A stretch of 61,042 nucleotides of DNA, the filler included, from Catajapyx aquilonaris (lineage: Eukaryota): assembly GCA_000934665.2 (NCBI GenBank). It is 2 parts of 2 records of this genome, joined end to end, with 100 filler letters (N's around TTAATTAATTAA, not from the genome) between each part and the next. Parts side by side here need not be neighbours in the genome. Positions count along the whole stretch, not along the records: positions 1 to 30,449 come from JYFJ02004643.1; 1 more part is not named here. The stretch is one strand, 5' to 3'. Each line of letters begins with the position of its first letter. Position 1 is the stretch's first letter. A program made the position numbers and the translations under genes. The notes under the pieces are model-generated. The model was not told the origin of the DNA and searched no databases. It saw only the letters and a program-made list of their open reading frames with translations. Positions 11,683 to 23,091 of this stretch are shown in pieces.

Positions 11683-12430
11683 TCTAACCAAAAACGGACT
11701 CGTAAAAAAAACGCTAAGTCCTTAGCCACTCCGCCTAAAAAAGTTGTGAGATCATGGGTGGACACCAAGCCTCTTTGTGAGACTATAGATTAAGTCAAGT
11801 TACTTGGCTCACGATTGGAGACTATAGACTTACAACTCGTAGACTTGGCGCATGGTTCGAGACTCTATAGACTAAGGTGAGCGACTTGGCTCACGGGGAA
11901 TTATACCGGTACAAGGTGTTTCACAACTCGTGTCCAAAACTTTGAGGTTGAACTCGTGTGCACCAAGTGGATCACTTTACATAGAGCAGGTGAAGCGATT
12001 CACTGGTGCTCAGGAGTTCACCCTAGAAGTTTTGGACGCGAGTTGAGAAACACCCCGTATGGTTTGAAGGGGGAACTTGTTACTACATGAGTATACGGTA
12101 ATTATTAAGGAATTGCGGTCTGGATATTACAGCAGTAAATGGAAGGCACGTAACAGTCATTGGTTGATCAGAAACTACTAAATTTTATCATTAAGCTGCC
12201 TATTGCTCTTCATGCCCGGTGAACCAATTGGCTCAACCTTAGTCTATAGTCTCGAACCATGCGCCAAGTCTACGAGTTGTAAGTCTATAGTCTCCAATCG
12301 TGAGCCAAGTAACTTGACTTAATCTATAGTCTCACAAAGAGGCTTGGTGTCCACCCATGATCTCACAACTTTTTTAGGCGGAGTGGCTAAGGACTTGGCG
12401 GTTTTTTTACGAGTCCGTTTTTGGTTAGAT
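11683..12430. mobile_element. Young non-autonomous element with ~200-bp near-perfect inverted arms
   Basis: 11683-11882 is the almost exact reverse complement of 12231-12430. Each arm carries internal gagactatagac-type subrepeats. Confidence 0.8.
11910..12059. mobile_element. Nested ~150-bp palindromic MITE (TA-flanked, mariner-like)
   Basis: tacaaggtgtttcacaactcgtgtccaaaactt ... aagttttggacgcgagttgagaaacaccccgta. Confidence 0.7.
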
Positions 12431-12525
12431 AAAACATACGACAATACAAAAGCAATTAGAAAAAAGTCCCTAACTACCATCAAACCTATCACCAGATATG
12501 CGTCTGGACACTTATGGATCACCCT

Positions 12526-13545
12526 ACTGGGAGGCACTTGATTATCACAAACAGCTATGAGCAATCACCAGTAATAAAATTATAATGACTGGCACAACTG
12601 GGCATGTGATTCAACTTAATTCCATTCAACTATTCTCTGAAAGAGTTACTACTGTGAGCGTCACTGTTGTACTGCAGATTTGGACAGTGCATGGGGTACC
12701 ATCATGACTTTTTCTCTCTTCCACATTTATCAAAACCTACAATCCCAATTTCAATTTGCCATATCAGAAAATGCCATATCAGAAAATGAAATACCTAATA
12801 ACTTCAAGCAAGAATTTTCTTCCAGGCAATACCCTACTCGACACTACTATACACTTGCCCAATGGCAGTCAAGTTGACTGGTGTATATGTACCACCCCTG
12901 AGAAATGTCCCGGCAGGTAAAAAAAAGTTGCATTGGAAACTTTAAAAAATCTGACATAAATTAATCAGATTAAGACAAAATCTACATTGACGTCATATTG
13001 AACGAAGCTCGTCAGCTTTCGTCACACACAAACCATGTGGGTGCATAGCTTCTTGGCTACATCACTTCTGGACGTATTTGAACCATGTCTAACCTGCTGG
13101 TCCAATCGTACTATTGGAATTTTTATTTATTGGTCAATATTATTGTTGTGATACATTTTAATTCGGAGCTGACATTACTCCAACCTATGAATGGTGCCAA
13201 CAAATTCGAAACTGAGTTGAACCCATGAAAATAAGTACCTAAGTTCCAAGGCCAATACTCAATCCATATACTACCGTATAATTATCAAAGGCGCCAAATG
13301 GGGAAAAATCCGTATAGTGGTGGCCATTTACAGTAAATAATGGAACTTCCCATTAGCCAGTCATAAAGCCAGTATTAAATATTGCTATATCTCAAAAGTA
13401 AGTTTTTGACACTTAGGCCCTTTCTAATATTATTTCCACCCTTCAGATATCTTGTTAATTTTTGTACATTCATCCTTCCTCTCCATATCCGTGTGTAGAC
13501 CACATATGGATAACTTTACCCGTTATAAAAATATTTACATACATT
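12526..13545 (+). repeat. Second copy of the duplication: blocks A and B fused, lacking the 1762-5845 interval
   Basis: Junction aaatctgacata|aatta|atcagattaagacaa joins the end of block A to the start of block B. Confidence 0.85.
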
Positions 13546-13793
13546 CACATACCTGACCAGATATTCAAGGCAATGTTGTTGACGGGTTGGTAAGACTGAT
13601 TCACGTACCTTAGTAACGGGTTCAAGTGTGGAAAAGTTTCCTCTGCCAAAATTTTCCGCCTCTGACCGCTGCTGGCTCACCCAAGGGTAAGTGTAAAGTT
13701 CGAATATGTTTTTTGTGGAGTGCAGTGCTCTTATAGCAGTAGACACTTGACATTGCAGGTGCCCTTCATACTCTTATGGTCACATTCAGCAAT

Positions 13794-14324
13794 ATGGCTC
13801 ATCAACCCAGAAGGTGCCAGTGTTCTGACAACCCATCGTCCTCTTCCCAGATGTGAGTATGTTGCTTTAGTTTAGGTTGCGTAAAATAACCAGCACTCAA
13901 AGTACAGTAACTGCATAAAGTAAATGCTAATAATTGACAACAATGCCTGTCAGCAAGCAAGGTTAACAGTGCAAAAAATTTCTCTTTCCGAAGGGACCCC
14001 ATGTGCACCTGCACCATGGGGATCCCTCCCTTGGTCCCATTGTTCAAGGGCCAGCCCTTGAACGTCGACCCAGCAGAAGCAGCCAAGTGCCTGAGGGACA
14101 TCTCCGTGGGCTCTGAGAAAAACGGGATCCCTCCTTCAGGGATGGGCGACGTCAGCACACCGCCTGCCACCAGCCGCCGATTGGACTACCGCAACTCCTT
14201 CTGCGACCTCCTCCAGCCAGAGGTCTCCAACCTGCCCAGGATGAAGGGCATGACTCGAGAGGACGTCGAGAATATGTTCAGAGACCACGCCGCTGCCCGA
14301 GACAGGCACACCTCGCGCCAATAA
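13794..14324 (+). CDS. Two-exon 129-aa small protein, paralogous to exon 9 of the neighbouring FSIP2-like gene
   Basis: Exon 1 13794-13852 (MAHQPRRCQCSDNPSSSSQ; donor AT|gtgagt). Exon 2 13994-14324 (acceptor ttctctttccgaag|G; MDPMCTCTMGIPPLVPLFKGQPLNVDP...RNSFCDLLQPEVSNLPRMKGM...DHAAARDRHTSRQ*). The phases match. The stop TAA is embedded in AATAAA. Confidence 0.75.
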
Positions 14325-14441
14325 AAACAGACCAAAGGGTGTGTTTCGCCAACTGATGGGTATATATATTTAGTTTGATTCGTGCATGGGTTTCTTCTTC
14401 TTCTTCTTGTTCTTCTTCCCCTCCTACATAAAATGTCGTGG

Positions 14442-17400
14442 TCATTGTTCGCCGTTTTCGTTGCTGCTGGCTTTGGTCAGGACACTGGCTTTCGAGGACG
14501 AAGAGGATCCGATGTCGGACACGAACGACTTGATTCTGTCCAGCAGATCGGACAGCGACTTGCTCAGGCTACGACGAGCCGCCGTGGATGAGTCGACCGA
14601 CCTCGGGGAATCCGTCGAGTGGGTGCCCGATGAGTCTCCGTCCGCCTGCTTCTCCGGAGCACCCACCAATTTCTCACCGGATAGGTCACCGGGAAGGCTG
14701 AGGGCTGCCTCAGATTCGGCGTGGGTGAAACGAGCTGTCGCCCACGATCCGCTTTCGGTCACAGGCGCCGAAGACGTCCTGGGGTTCTCCTCGTCCAGTA
14801 TGCCAGAAGCAGGCTTTGCCAATGAAACGGCTGCCAGAGCCGCGTTTTCGGATGGCGTCGGAGTCACTTCGATGCTGGTGGTCGGGGTTGCAGCGGACAT
14901 GGACGAAGCGAAGCAGCGGTCCTGCACGTTGTCGTCGATGTAAGGCCCGCTGATGCTTCGTCTGGTGTCGAACGCGTTGAAGGATTGACGTGGTGAGCGG
15001 TAGGCAGTGCCGAACAGTTGTGACGACGATAGGTCCTGAGAGGATCAAAGAAGGTGTCAACAACTAATCCAAACGACTACGACGACGACTACTACTATAC
15101 AAACACCTGGAATTTCAAATCGACGATACTTACAGCCGACTGGCGCTGTTCTCCTCCAGACGCGATAGACACGGTGGACGTATACCTGGAATCGCCCAGA
15201 GTGGCTTCCTCCACTTCCTGGTCAGTCTCGTCCCCGACCAGGGTGAGAACCTCGTCCTGGATGGCCACCACCGCGTCCATGTCGTCCACCGACGACATCC
15301 TCCTGTCCAGGTCCTCCTTTGACTTCTCCTTCAGACCCAAACCGGATGACAACTCGTTCCTGAACCACAGCGGTCCGTAGTCCTCCTTCTCGTCCTCTTT
15401 CAGGACACCCTCGCTCGGACGCTTGCTGACCCTTGCGGACGCGATCTGGCTGTGTTCGTCGTACCTAACAGTTCATGGAAAATATGTAAAAAAGACCGCA
15501 CACAAATTTAAACAGTTGTCAATTGATACCCTTGCTCTCCGCCTTGATTGGCTTCATTCAATGCATCGTGCACCATCTGCACCACCTCGTCCTCCACAGG
15601 CGACTCGGACTCGTTCAGATCGACAGTGCTCTGTTCCCTCTCTTCCCTGGAGTCCCTGGCGTCCAGTGGAGCCTGCCAGTCCTCGTCCCTGCTGGCGTGG
15701 TCCAATAGCACCTGCTGGATGGCCTCCGGGGAGAGTCCCTTCATCTGCTCCAGGTGCGACACCTCCGGCTTCAGAAGGTTGGCGAACGAGTTTCGGTCCA
15801 CCAGCTCGTGCGGAGGTACGCAGGTCTGGCTCGGGTGGTCGGCCAGGGGCATCGGAATGCTTCCGCTGGGCTCCAGCTGGCCTCCAGGGGTTCCTCCTGA
15901 GCTCCCTGCGATGCCTTCCTTGCTCAGATGCTGGATGGAGATGGCCCTCAGACCGCGGGACACCACGTCCGGGTCGATCTCCAGGGGCTTGCCGTTGTAG
16001 TGCGGAATCAGGTCCGGGGCTGGCAGCGGGCAGTAGCACTGGTTGCCGCATGGGCCTGTCCCGTCGTATGCACCACCGCAGTAGCACAGGTGGGGTCTGT
16101 GGTTTCAAGACAACGAGATTTAGACTCTGAAGGAAAAATATATACCACGGAGAAACATCCCATCTCCAAAGCTAGTAAGGGTGTTTCTCCTTGGGACGGC
16201 AGCGCAGTACTTACTGCACATCCTGCAGACGGTGCTCCTCTTGCTGGATGTCCCTCAGGAGGTAGTCGACCATGGTGGTGGCGACCACGTTCATGGCGCT
16301 TCCGGTCACGCTCCTGATCTGCCGCGAATCGGTCGTGCTCTCTCCGGATGAAGGCGCCATGTCTTGCGAGGGGCCTGGAGGAGCTGCGGTGGTCAGTCTC
16401 TGGGCAGCGGCCATCAGGGTCAGCCTGACCAGCTGCGCCGCCTCCATGGACAGGTTCTCTCCGAGGATGGCATCCGCGCTGCGAGACATCGATATGGTCG
16501 AGTCTACCTGAATTGCGTTAGCGGTGGCCATGGACACGGAGCGTTTGGGCTGTGCTGCTGCGCCCGGTATCTTCTCTCTGGACCCAGACTTTGTTGGAGG
16601 CTTCTTCTTTCCTGCCCCTTTGCCACCGGGAGGCGATTTCGAAGGAACTCCAGGTTCTTGTGACGAGGGTCCTGCCTCCTCCTCTTCTTCCACCACCTTC
16701 TTTGGCTGACTGCCCACACATGGTGCAGCAGGCTTCGATTTGGGTTTCCTAGCTGCCCTAGACGCCTTCACCGCTCCTTCGGCATCCTTCAGGGTAGCGA
16801 CCACCGTGCCCACCACGTTCTTGGCGTCCTCCTTCCCTCCATCCACAAGCTCCTTCAGCTTCTTAGCGGCCAAAGCACCCAGCTCCTCCTTGCACTCCAG
16901 ATAAGTCTTGGCGTTGGGGAACATGAGGTTTCTCTGAGCAGCGGCCAAGGACTTGGCCACTTTATCGGCGGTGTCTTTGAACCCAAACTTCTCTGGCGTG
17001 TCCGCAAGCTTCTCCTTGGCCACTTTGGACAGCTCCGGCGGCATTGAGGGATTGTCCAGAAACTTCTGCAGCTCGTCCCGAGCGTGGTCCCTGAAGTGAG
17101 CCTCGGTGATCATCCCCGCCGCTACCAGGATTATCTCTCTGGGATCCGACGCCTTCCTGGCCGTCTTCAGCGCAGCAGCCACGCTGTTGACCAGCGTGTC
17201 GTCCAGATAGGCAGGATGCGTTTCTTTCAGGCCTTCAGATTGCAGATCAAGGAACACTTTCACAGCTGCGTCGGCGGGAGCCTCCTCCTCCTCCTTCAGC
17301 GCTTCCGCCACCGCCTCCGACATGACCTCGTTGTCGGCCATGTCAACCTGGATATCCTTCAGCAGGAAGTCAGTCTGCAGGTGCAGGATCTCATCCAGCA

Positions 17401-20400
17401 TCAGTTCCGCCAGGGCCTGGATCGAGTTGAGATCGACTGGTGGAGCAGGTCGCGGTTGGGCTATTCCGCTCATGGCCACCATGACTGCTGCGGCGTTCCG
17501 GCCGTCTTGCCTCTGCAGCATCCTCTCTGCTCCGCACAGCACGCTCCTGGCGTGCGCTCTCAGCACGCTCTCCACCAGCCCTGGAGCCACCGCCTGGAGG
17601 CCCTCTGGCACCTTGGGGGCGCTCTTGGTCACCGAGTCAATGGCCTTGGCCAGCGAGTCGCATATCTTCTGCCTGTCCAGGTTCATCAGCTCGTCGGTGG
17701 TTCCAGGCGAGGATGCAGCCATCAGCAGCGACTGCATCTGCATCCTGGCCGCTTCCACCAGCAGGAGGGCTGCCACCACGGCCAGGTTCTTCGGGCAAAC
17801 GCTCGTCCCCAGTCCGCTGTCCAGGAGCACCTGCAGGATCTCCTTCCTGGCCAGGCTCTGTCGGGCGTTCCGGATCAGGCTGTCGCGGTAGGACTCCAGG
17901 ACAGAGTCCAGGAGAGATTGGGCCGCTTCTTGCGAACGTTCCGTGTCCACCCCTTCCTCCGTCATGTGTTCCAGAAGCTTCTTAACCAGCGCTGTTCTGT
18001 CGATTTGGTCTCGAGTGTCGACAGACACCCTGGCCCCCTGAGCCCTCACCAGTCCCGGCGCCACCCTGGACGTCGCCTCCGGAGCAATGTGGTTCATCTC
18101 TTCGGCCACCGCCTTCCGCAATGCCGCGTCCGACCCGCTGACAAACGCCTCTCCCATTATTTCCTCCTCTTTTTGAGCGAGCAGCTTCTCAATGTCCAAG
18201 TCCGAGAGAGTGAACACCACCGACTCCTGGGTCAGCCTCCTGGCCTGTATGTCCAGGATGCGGTCCACCAGGTCAGATGCCACCGGGGAGACGCCCTCGC
18301 TGCCAATGCGCTCCGGAGCCTCGTTCATCAGCTTGTCCATCTCCTCGTCCTCGTGCTCTGCCAGAAGCTTGCACGTCTGGGCGTGGAGGGCGTCCAGGAC
18401 CAGCTCATCTGCGGTCAGCGACAGAGTGCCTGTGGCTGTCAGGTCGTACGGAAGGTTCAGGGGCAGTTGGCCGTCCGACCTCACTTGGCGAGTCGGCACC
18501 CCTTTTGGTTTCAAACCTGTCACGGACTTCTGTTTCAGCGGGACCGCTGGAGCCCCATCAATCTTTGCAGTTGGATCCACCTTGACCTTCTTGGCAGGGG
18601 TCTCGGGCTCGTCATCCTGCTTCTGCCACCTGAGGTCGTCCAGGAACTGTACCAGGGTTCCGGCGATGTTCGCCTGCAGCAGCTTGTTCTTGGAAGTGTC
18701 CGAGAGAGGAAGGGTCATGTCCAGATCGGCCTTTTTCAGAACTCGCTCGATCATGGCCAGAGCCAAGGCGACAATGTCCACTGGAGGATCCTTCATGGGA
18801 ACATTTCCGTGCTCCCCGGTCTTGCACAGCTCGTGGAGTTCCTGAAAATCATGTGTAGGATCAGCCAGGGACGGATTTGCCGACAGGCATTTTTTTTAAA
18901 TGCATGGGCCTGTGATTTTAGCAGCAATGATAGAAATTGCAATTATGACAAGAGCCTGATCTAATTCTATGTGAGCAAGGCTTGTCTGATACGTCAAAAA
19001 AAGCTAATTTTCTAAATGCCTATAAGGGGCATCCGTCACTGGACTCAGCCTAACGAAAAGAAACCACGAGGAATAAAACAGCGTGCGTTCCTGTTTCATC
19101 ACGTTACTCAAATTTTTTTATTGAACTTTTTTTGTCCCACCCGGGCTGCCATCAGTTTTTCAGATTACTTATTTTTTTTTTGCCAAAATATGACTCACGT
19201 CTGCAATTTTTTTTAAATAAAGCTCGCAGGAAAGCTGGCGGTTTTATCCCTCGAGTCTCAAATAGAGAAACCCTCCCCGCGCAATTCTACAGCCCTTGCT
19301 CTCTGTCAGTTAGTTAATCAACCCTGGCTCTTGGCCGACTGGATGGACCCTGAGCGTTTTGGGGAGCCCCGATCCTCCTGGTTGTCCGGAGACTGCTCCC
19401 CATCGGGAGAAGCCTGATGGACGTCCACGGTGCTGCTGGTCTCACAGACACACAGGGAGCTCTTCTTCCCTAAACGAACCTGCAGCTCCTCCCTGAGGCT
19501 CTCCATCACGTGGTCCACCAGAGCCCTGGCCGCCCAGTCCACTATCTCTGCTCGTCTCTTGGCCGACTGCTTCTCTGCCGGAGTCATAGGAGCCCCCTTG
19601 GCCTTGCCTGCTGCTGTCTTGCCCCCTACTGTGCTGCATGGCGCCAGGCACGGTTCTTCTTCTTCTCCTTCTCCTCCTTCTGCCTCTCCTTCTGCCCCTC
19701 CTTCTTTGCCCTTCTTTGCCGCCGCCGCCTTTCCTTGTGCTGCTTCACCAGACCCCGCGCTCTCCCGCCTCTCTGCATCCTCCCCAACAGACAGATCCTC
19801 CTCGGAGCTGCTGGTCTTCGACCCCACCTTCTTCTTGGACTTCTTGCCCTTCTTCTTCCTCTTGCTGGAAGTGCGCGAGAGTTCGGAGGGCCCTTCGGTC
19901 GCGCCAGCTTCGGAGGTCCGTCTCGAAGAGCTTTCTTCCTCTTCCTCATCCTCATCCTCCTCCTCTTCGGACTTCTTCTTCTTCTTCTTCTTCTTCCTTT
20001 TGCCCACACTCTCGGTGGACGAGGACGGTAGCACGGCTTTTTTGGGCTTGTGGCGCGACTCCACTCCGTGGATAGCCTCCCTGACCACCATCTCGGATAT
20101 CTGGGACACGATGCTTTCGATGCCCGCAGGAGCTGGAAGGACAAAAAAAAGAGCAAGAGTTATTATATTATGGCTTACTGTGCTTCCCAGAAAAGAAAAT
20201 ATGGCAGCGCATCTCTTGCATTTTATAAACTCTTGAAAATACCCCTGAAAAGTCTGTCCAGAAACTGTACAAGTTTGCATGAAAAGGACCTAACCACGGT
20301 TAAGTTGCTTACTTGTTGCTTAGTATAATTATTGCGCAAAAATCTATGCCGCTCAGAATTTTCCTCATGAAATCATGTGTTGCGAAAATCAGTGCTTGAA

Positions 20401-23091
20401 AGCTCCTTTTGCCATTTTCCACTGTGACTAATCACAAATCATGGCAAAATGGGGGGGGGGGAAGCCAAGTCATGCATTTTTCAAAATGTACAGTTTCACA
20501 TTAATAATTTGCCAAATAATTATTTTCTAGGGATGCAACAAGTGAGATCAAAAACGACCAAGTTCACTGGGGGGGGGGGGGNTTATGGAGTTATTTTAAT
20601 ATCATTGTGGGTATTAATTGCACATTTGAGTATGCATCGGAACTCCGGCTACATACAGACGTAAAAAGTTTCAAGATTGCACCAGTGAAACTAAAGTAAT
20701 CATCAGTTTTTGCTCATTTTACGATCAGTTTTTCCAAGTAGATTATTATTTTGGTCGTTTTTGATCTCGGACCCCTCAATAATTAAGAAGTTGAATATTG
20801 TTTTCATCCCACACAGTGAAGGCACGGGAGGGAGGAGGCCTGTAATGTATCCGGAAGACTAAACGACGATCTGACGTCATCGTAACGCCTGAGAACAAAA
20901 TGATGGCGTCAGATCGTCGTTTCGTTTTCCGCGCTGTATAGTTGATTCAGCTTACATATTTCTCTCCTGGACCCTGTTTCCAGCTCCCTCTTGCTCTCCT
21001 TGATGAGCTTGTTGGAGAGAATCGTGGACACTTCTCCCAGGAATTCTCCCATCAATCGGGCCATCTGCGGATGCTTGGGGTCTTTGGCTCTGGAGAGGCA
21101 ACGGGAACGGGAACACGGTGAGCAAACCCCGGCTTCAAGATGAAGTACGAAATAATAAGTCAGAAATAACTCACTCCTCAATTTCGAAGACGATGTCTCC
21201 GCAGACGCAGGTCCTTCCGGAGGTGTCCCCATCCTCAGTGAGGCACACCGAGTGTGCGGCGCAGAGCTTCTCCTTGAGCAGCAGGGTGCTCCTCTCCCTG
21301 ATAATGCCCATGACGCTCTTGGCCAGCTCGAGGGCCTTGGCGGTCACCAGCTCGTCCCTTGCCTGTTCCGCTATCTCGCCGACCACTCCCTCGACTGCCT
21401 GGTAGACGTTCGGGTTCAAAGCTATCAGCCTGAGCACCTCCTCTCGGACCCTCCTTCGACTGGCAGCCTCCGCAGACAGGTCGCTCTCCCGACGCCTCCG
21501 ACGGCTCTCCTCCTCCGCCTTCTCCATGGCCTCCTGCTGGAGTTTGTCCTGCATGAACCTTCGCTTCAGCATCTTCAGCGTCTGACGGAGGCTGTCGTTT
21601 ATGTCCCAGGCCGTCTCGAACTTGGCCTCCTGCTTGATCTTGGTCTGCTGCTTCTTCGACAGGTCTGGAGTTTCCTCCACTTGGACCGGGCGCCCTGTCG
21701 ACCAGTGGGCTGCGGGAAAGAAAGAAGAGACGCTGTAAATTACCCAGGCCAAGGCTGTAGGACCCCAGGCTTATATCTCTCACCCTTGTCTCTCTTCCTG
21801 GTCTCGGCCAGGAACTTCTCGTACTCGTCGATGTTGGCCCTGCGCTGGTTCTCCCTGTTCTCCGTGATGGTCTTGGCGTGGTCCATGGAGTCCTCCTGCA
21901 TCTTCCTCTTGGCTTCCAGATATAACCCCCTGGCCTCCTCCCGCTCGTAATCCAGATCCATCCTGCGCATCTCCAGCCTGTTCTGGACCATCTCTGCCTT
22001 CTTCCGGATAGTCGCGGCAGTGGCGTTCCTCCATCGGCACCTCTCCTGGGCGGCCAGCCTCAAGGTCTCCTGCTTCATGGCCCTCTCCTGCTCCCTCAGG
22101 GAGTTCACCTGTAGCTTCTCCATCAGGGCCTCCTGCGCCTTCCGCTCTCTGATGCGCTCCTCTTCCATACGAGCCTCGTTGGCCCTGCAAGGACAATCAT
22201 CTCATCCTCAACGACACCGTCAATTATTACAACCTTTCTTGTAACACACACTGTACCTTTGTATGACTCGGAGTTGCTTTCGTTGGTATCTGATCTTGGA
22301 CTGGTGGGCCTTATCTGCCCTCATGCGAGCCCGGTCCGCTCCTGCAGCATCCCTCTCGGCAGCTCGAATCATCTCCAGCTGTTTCTTTTCGCATCTCTCG
22401 CGTTCGTCCTGACAAATTCAGCAAGATTACCAGTCGATTATTTATTATCACGTGGTTGTTCGGACTTACCCTGAGGTTCCTCTCGTGCAGGATGGCGTCC
22501 CTGTAGTTCTTGTTGAGATAAGCCCTGAAGTCGTTGAATTGCTTCAGGGAACAGATGACATGCCCGTCCTCCGTCACGACCTCGTTCTTCATCAGGATCT
22601 CCTTGACCAGGGGCACTTTGAAGTAGCTCTTCAGGTGGCGGTCGTGCAAGGGCTCGTAGATCGTAGGGAGCTTCGTCTTGTACATGTACGGATCGGACAG
22701 GTCGAAATCATGCAGCGGTGAGATGAACATGAGCTGACGAAAAGAAAACAGTATAGTTTTAAAACTGGCAATCCTGAACAATGAGGATCAAATCATCGGT
22801 TTCTCTCTATATAATGTGATTAGCAGCAATTACCGGTTTTGCGAGCTTCTCCCTGGCGTAGACGACAGCCCCTCTTGGAACAGGGACCCTGGGCAGCTTG
22901 GCGTCCATGGCCCTCTCCTTCCATTCCGGAAGGACGTTTGGCCCCGGAGGGACCCTGGCCTTGTGCTTCGGGATACATCCGTACAGTACCTCGGACGGTG
23001 GCAAGGGCCTGACGTTCAGCCTGGTGTACACGTTGTCTTCCCGGACTGATGATGAACTGGCGAGGTCTTCGCTCATGTCTGCGCCGTCCAT
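14442..23091 (-). CDS. Fibrous sheath-interacting protein 2-like (FSIP2-like), 11 exons, ~2171 aa
   Basis: Exons (minus strand): 23091-22834, 22733-22470, 22408-22257, 22184-21784, 21709-21175, 21089-20956, 20132-19480, 18841-16215, 16096-15530, 15464-15134, 15035-14442. All introns are GT-AG with consistent phases; the total of 6516 nt is divisible by 3. Exon 2 (FDLSDPY...YEPLHDRHLKSYF...VVTEDGHVICSLKQFNDFRAYL) matches the FSIP2 N-terminal motif, followed by coiled coil, a Lys/Glu low-complexity tract and helical repeats. Confidence 0.8.
20544..20768. mobile_element. Intronic MITE-like element
   Basis: gagatcaaaaacgaccaa / ttggtcgtttttgatctc inverted termini inside FSIP2-like intron 6. Confidence 0.55.
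20861..20922. repeat. Short hairpin in intron 6
   Basis: aaacgacgatctgacgtcatc / gatggcgtcagatcgtcgttt, a ~21-bp stem about 35 nt from the exon 6 donor. Confidence 0.7.

Noticed and set aside
14370..14424. Possible extra terminal exon EGKKNKKKKKKPMHESN* after tatgtag (minus strand)
   Set aside because: No convincing in-phase donor upstream of the stop at 14442; treated as 3' UTR.
16097..16127. Stronger-looking acceptor ttccttcag near 16128 for exon 9
   Set aside because: It gives an immediate stop in phase 2. The acceptor at 16096 keeps the frame and restores QPHLCYC, which matches the paralog.
17084..18964. 626-aa plus-strand ORF (and other long plus-strand ORFs at 14386, 19430 and 21252)
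   Set aside because: These are antisense shadows of GC3-rich FSIP2-like exons, with a composition typical of reverse-frame translation and no motifs.
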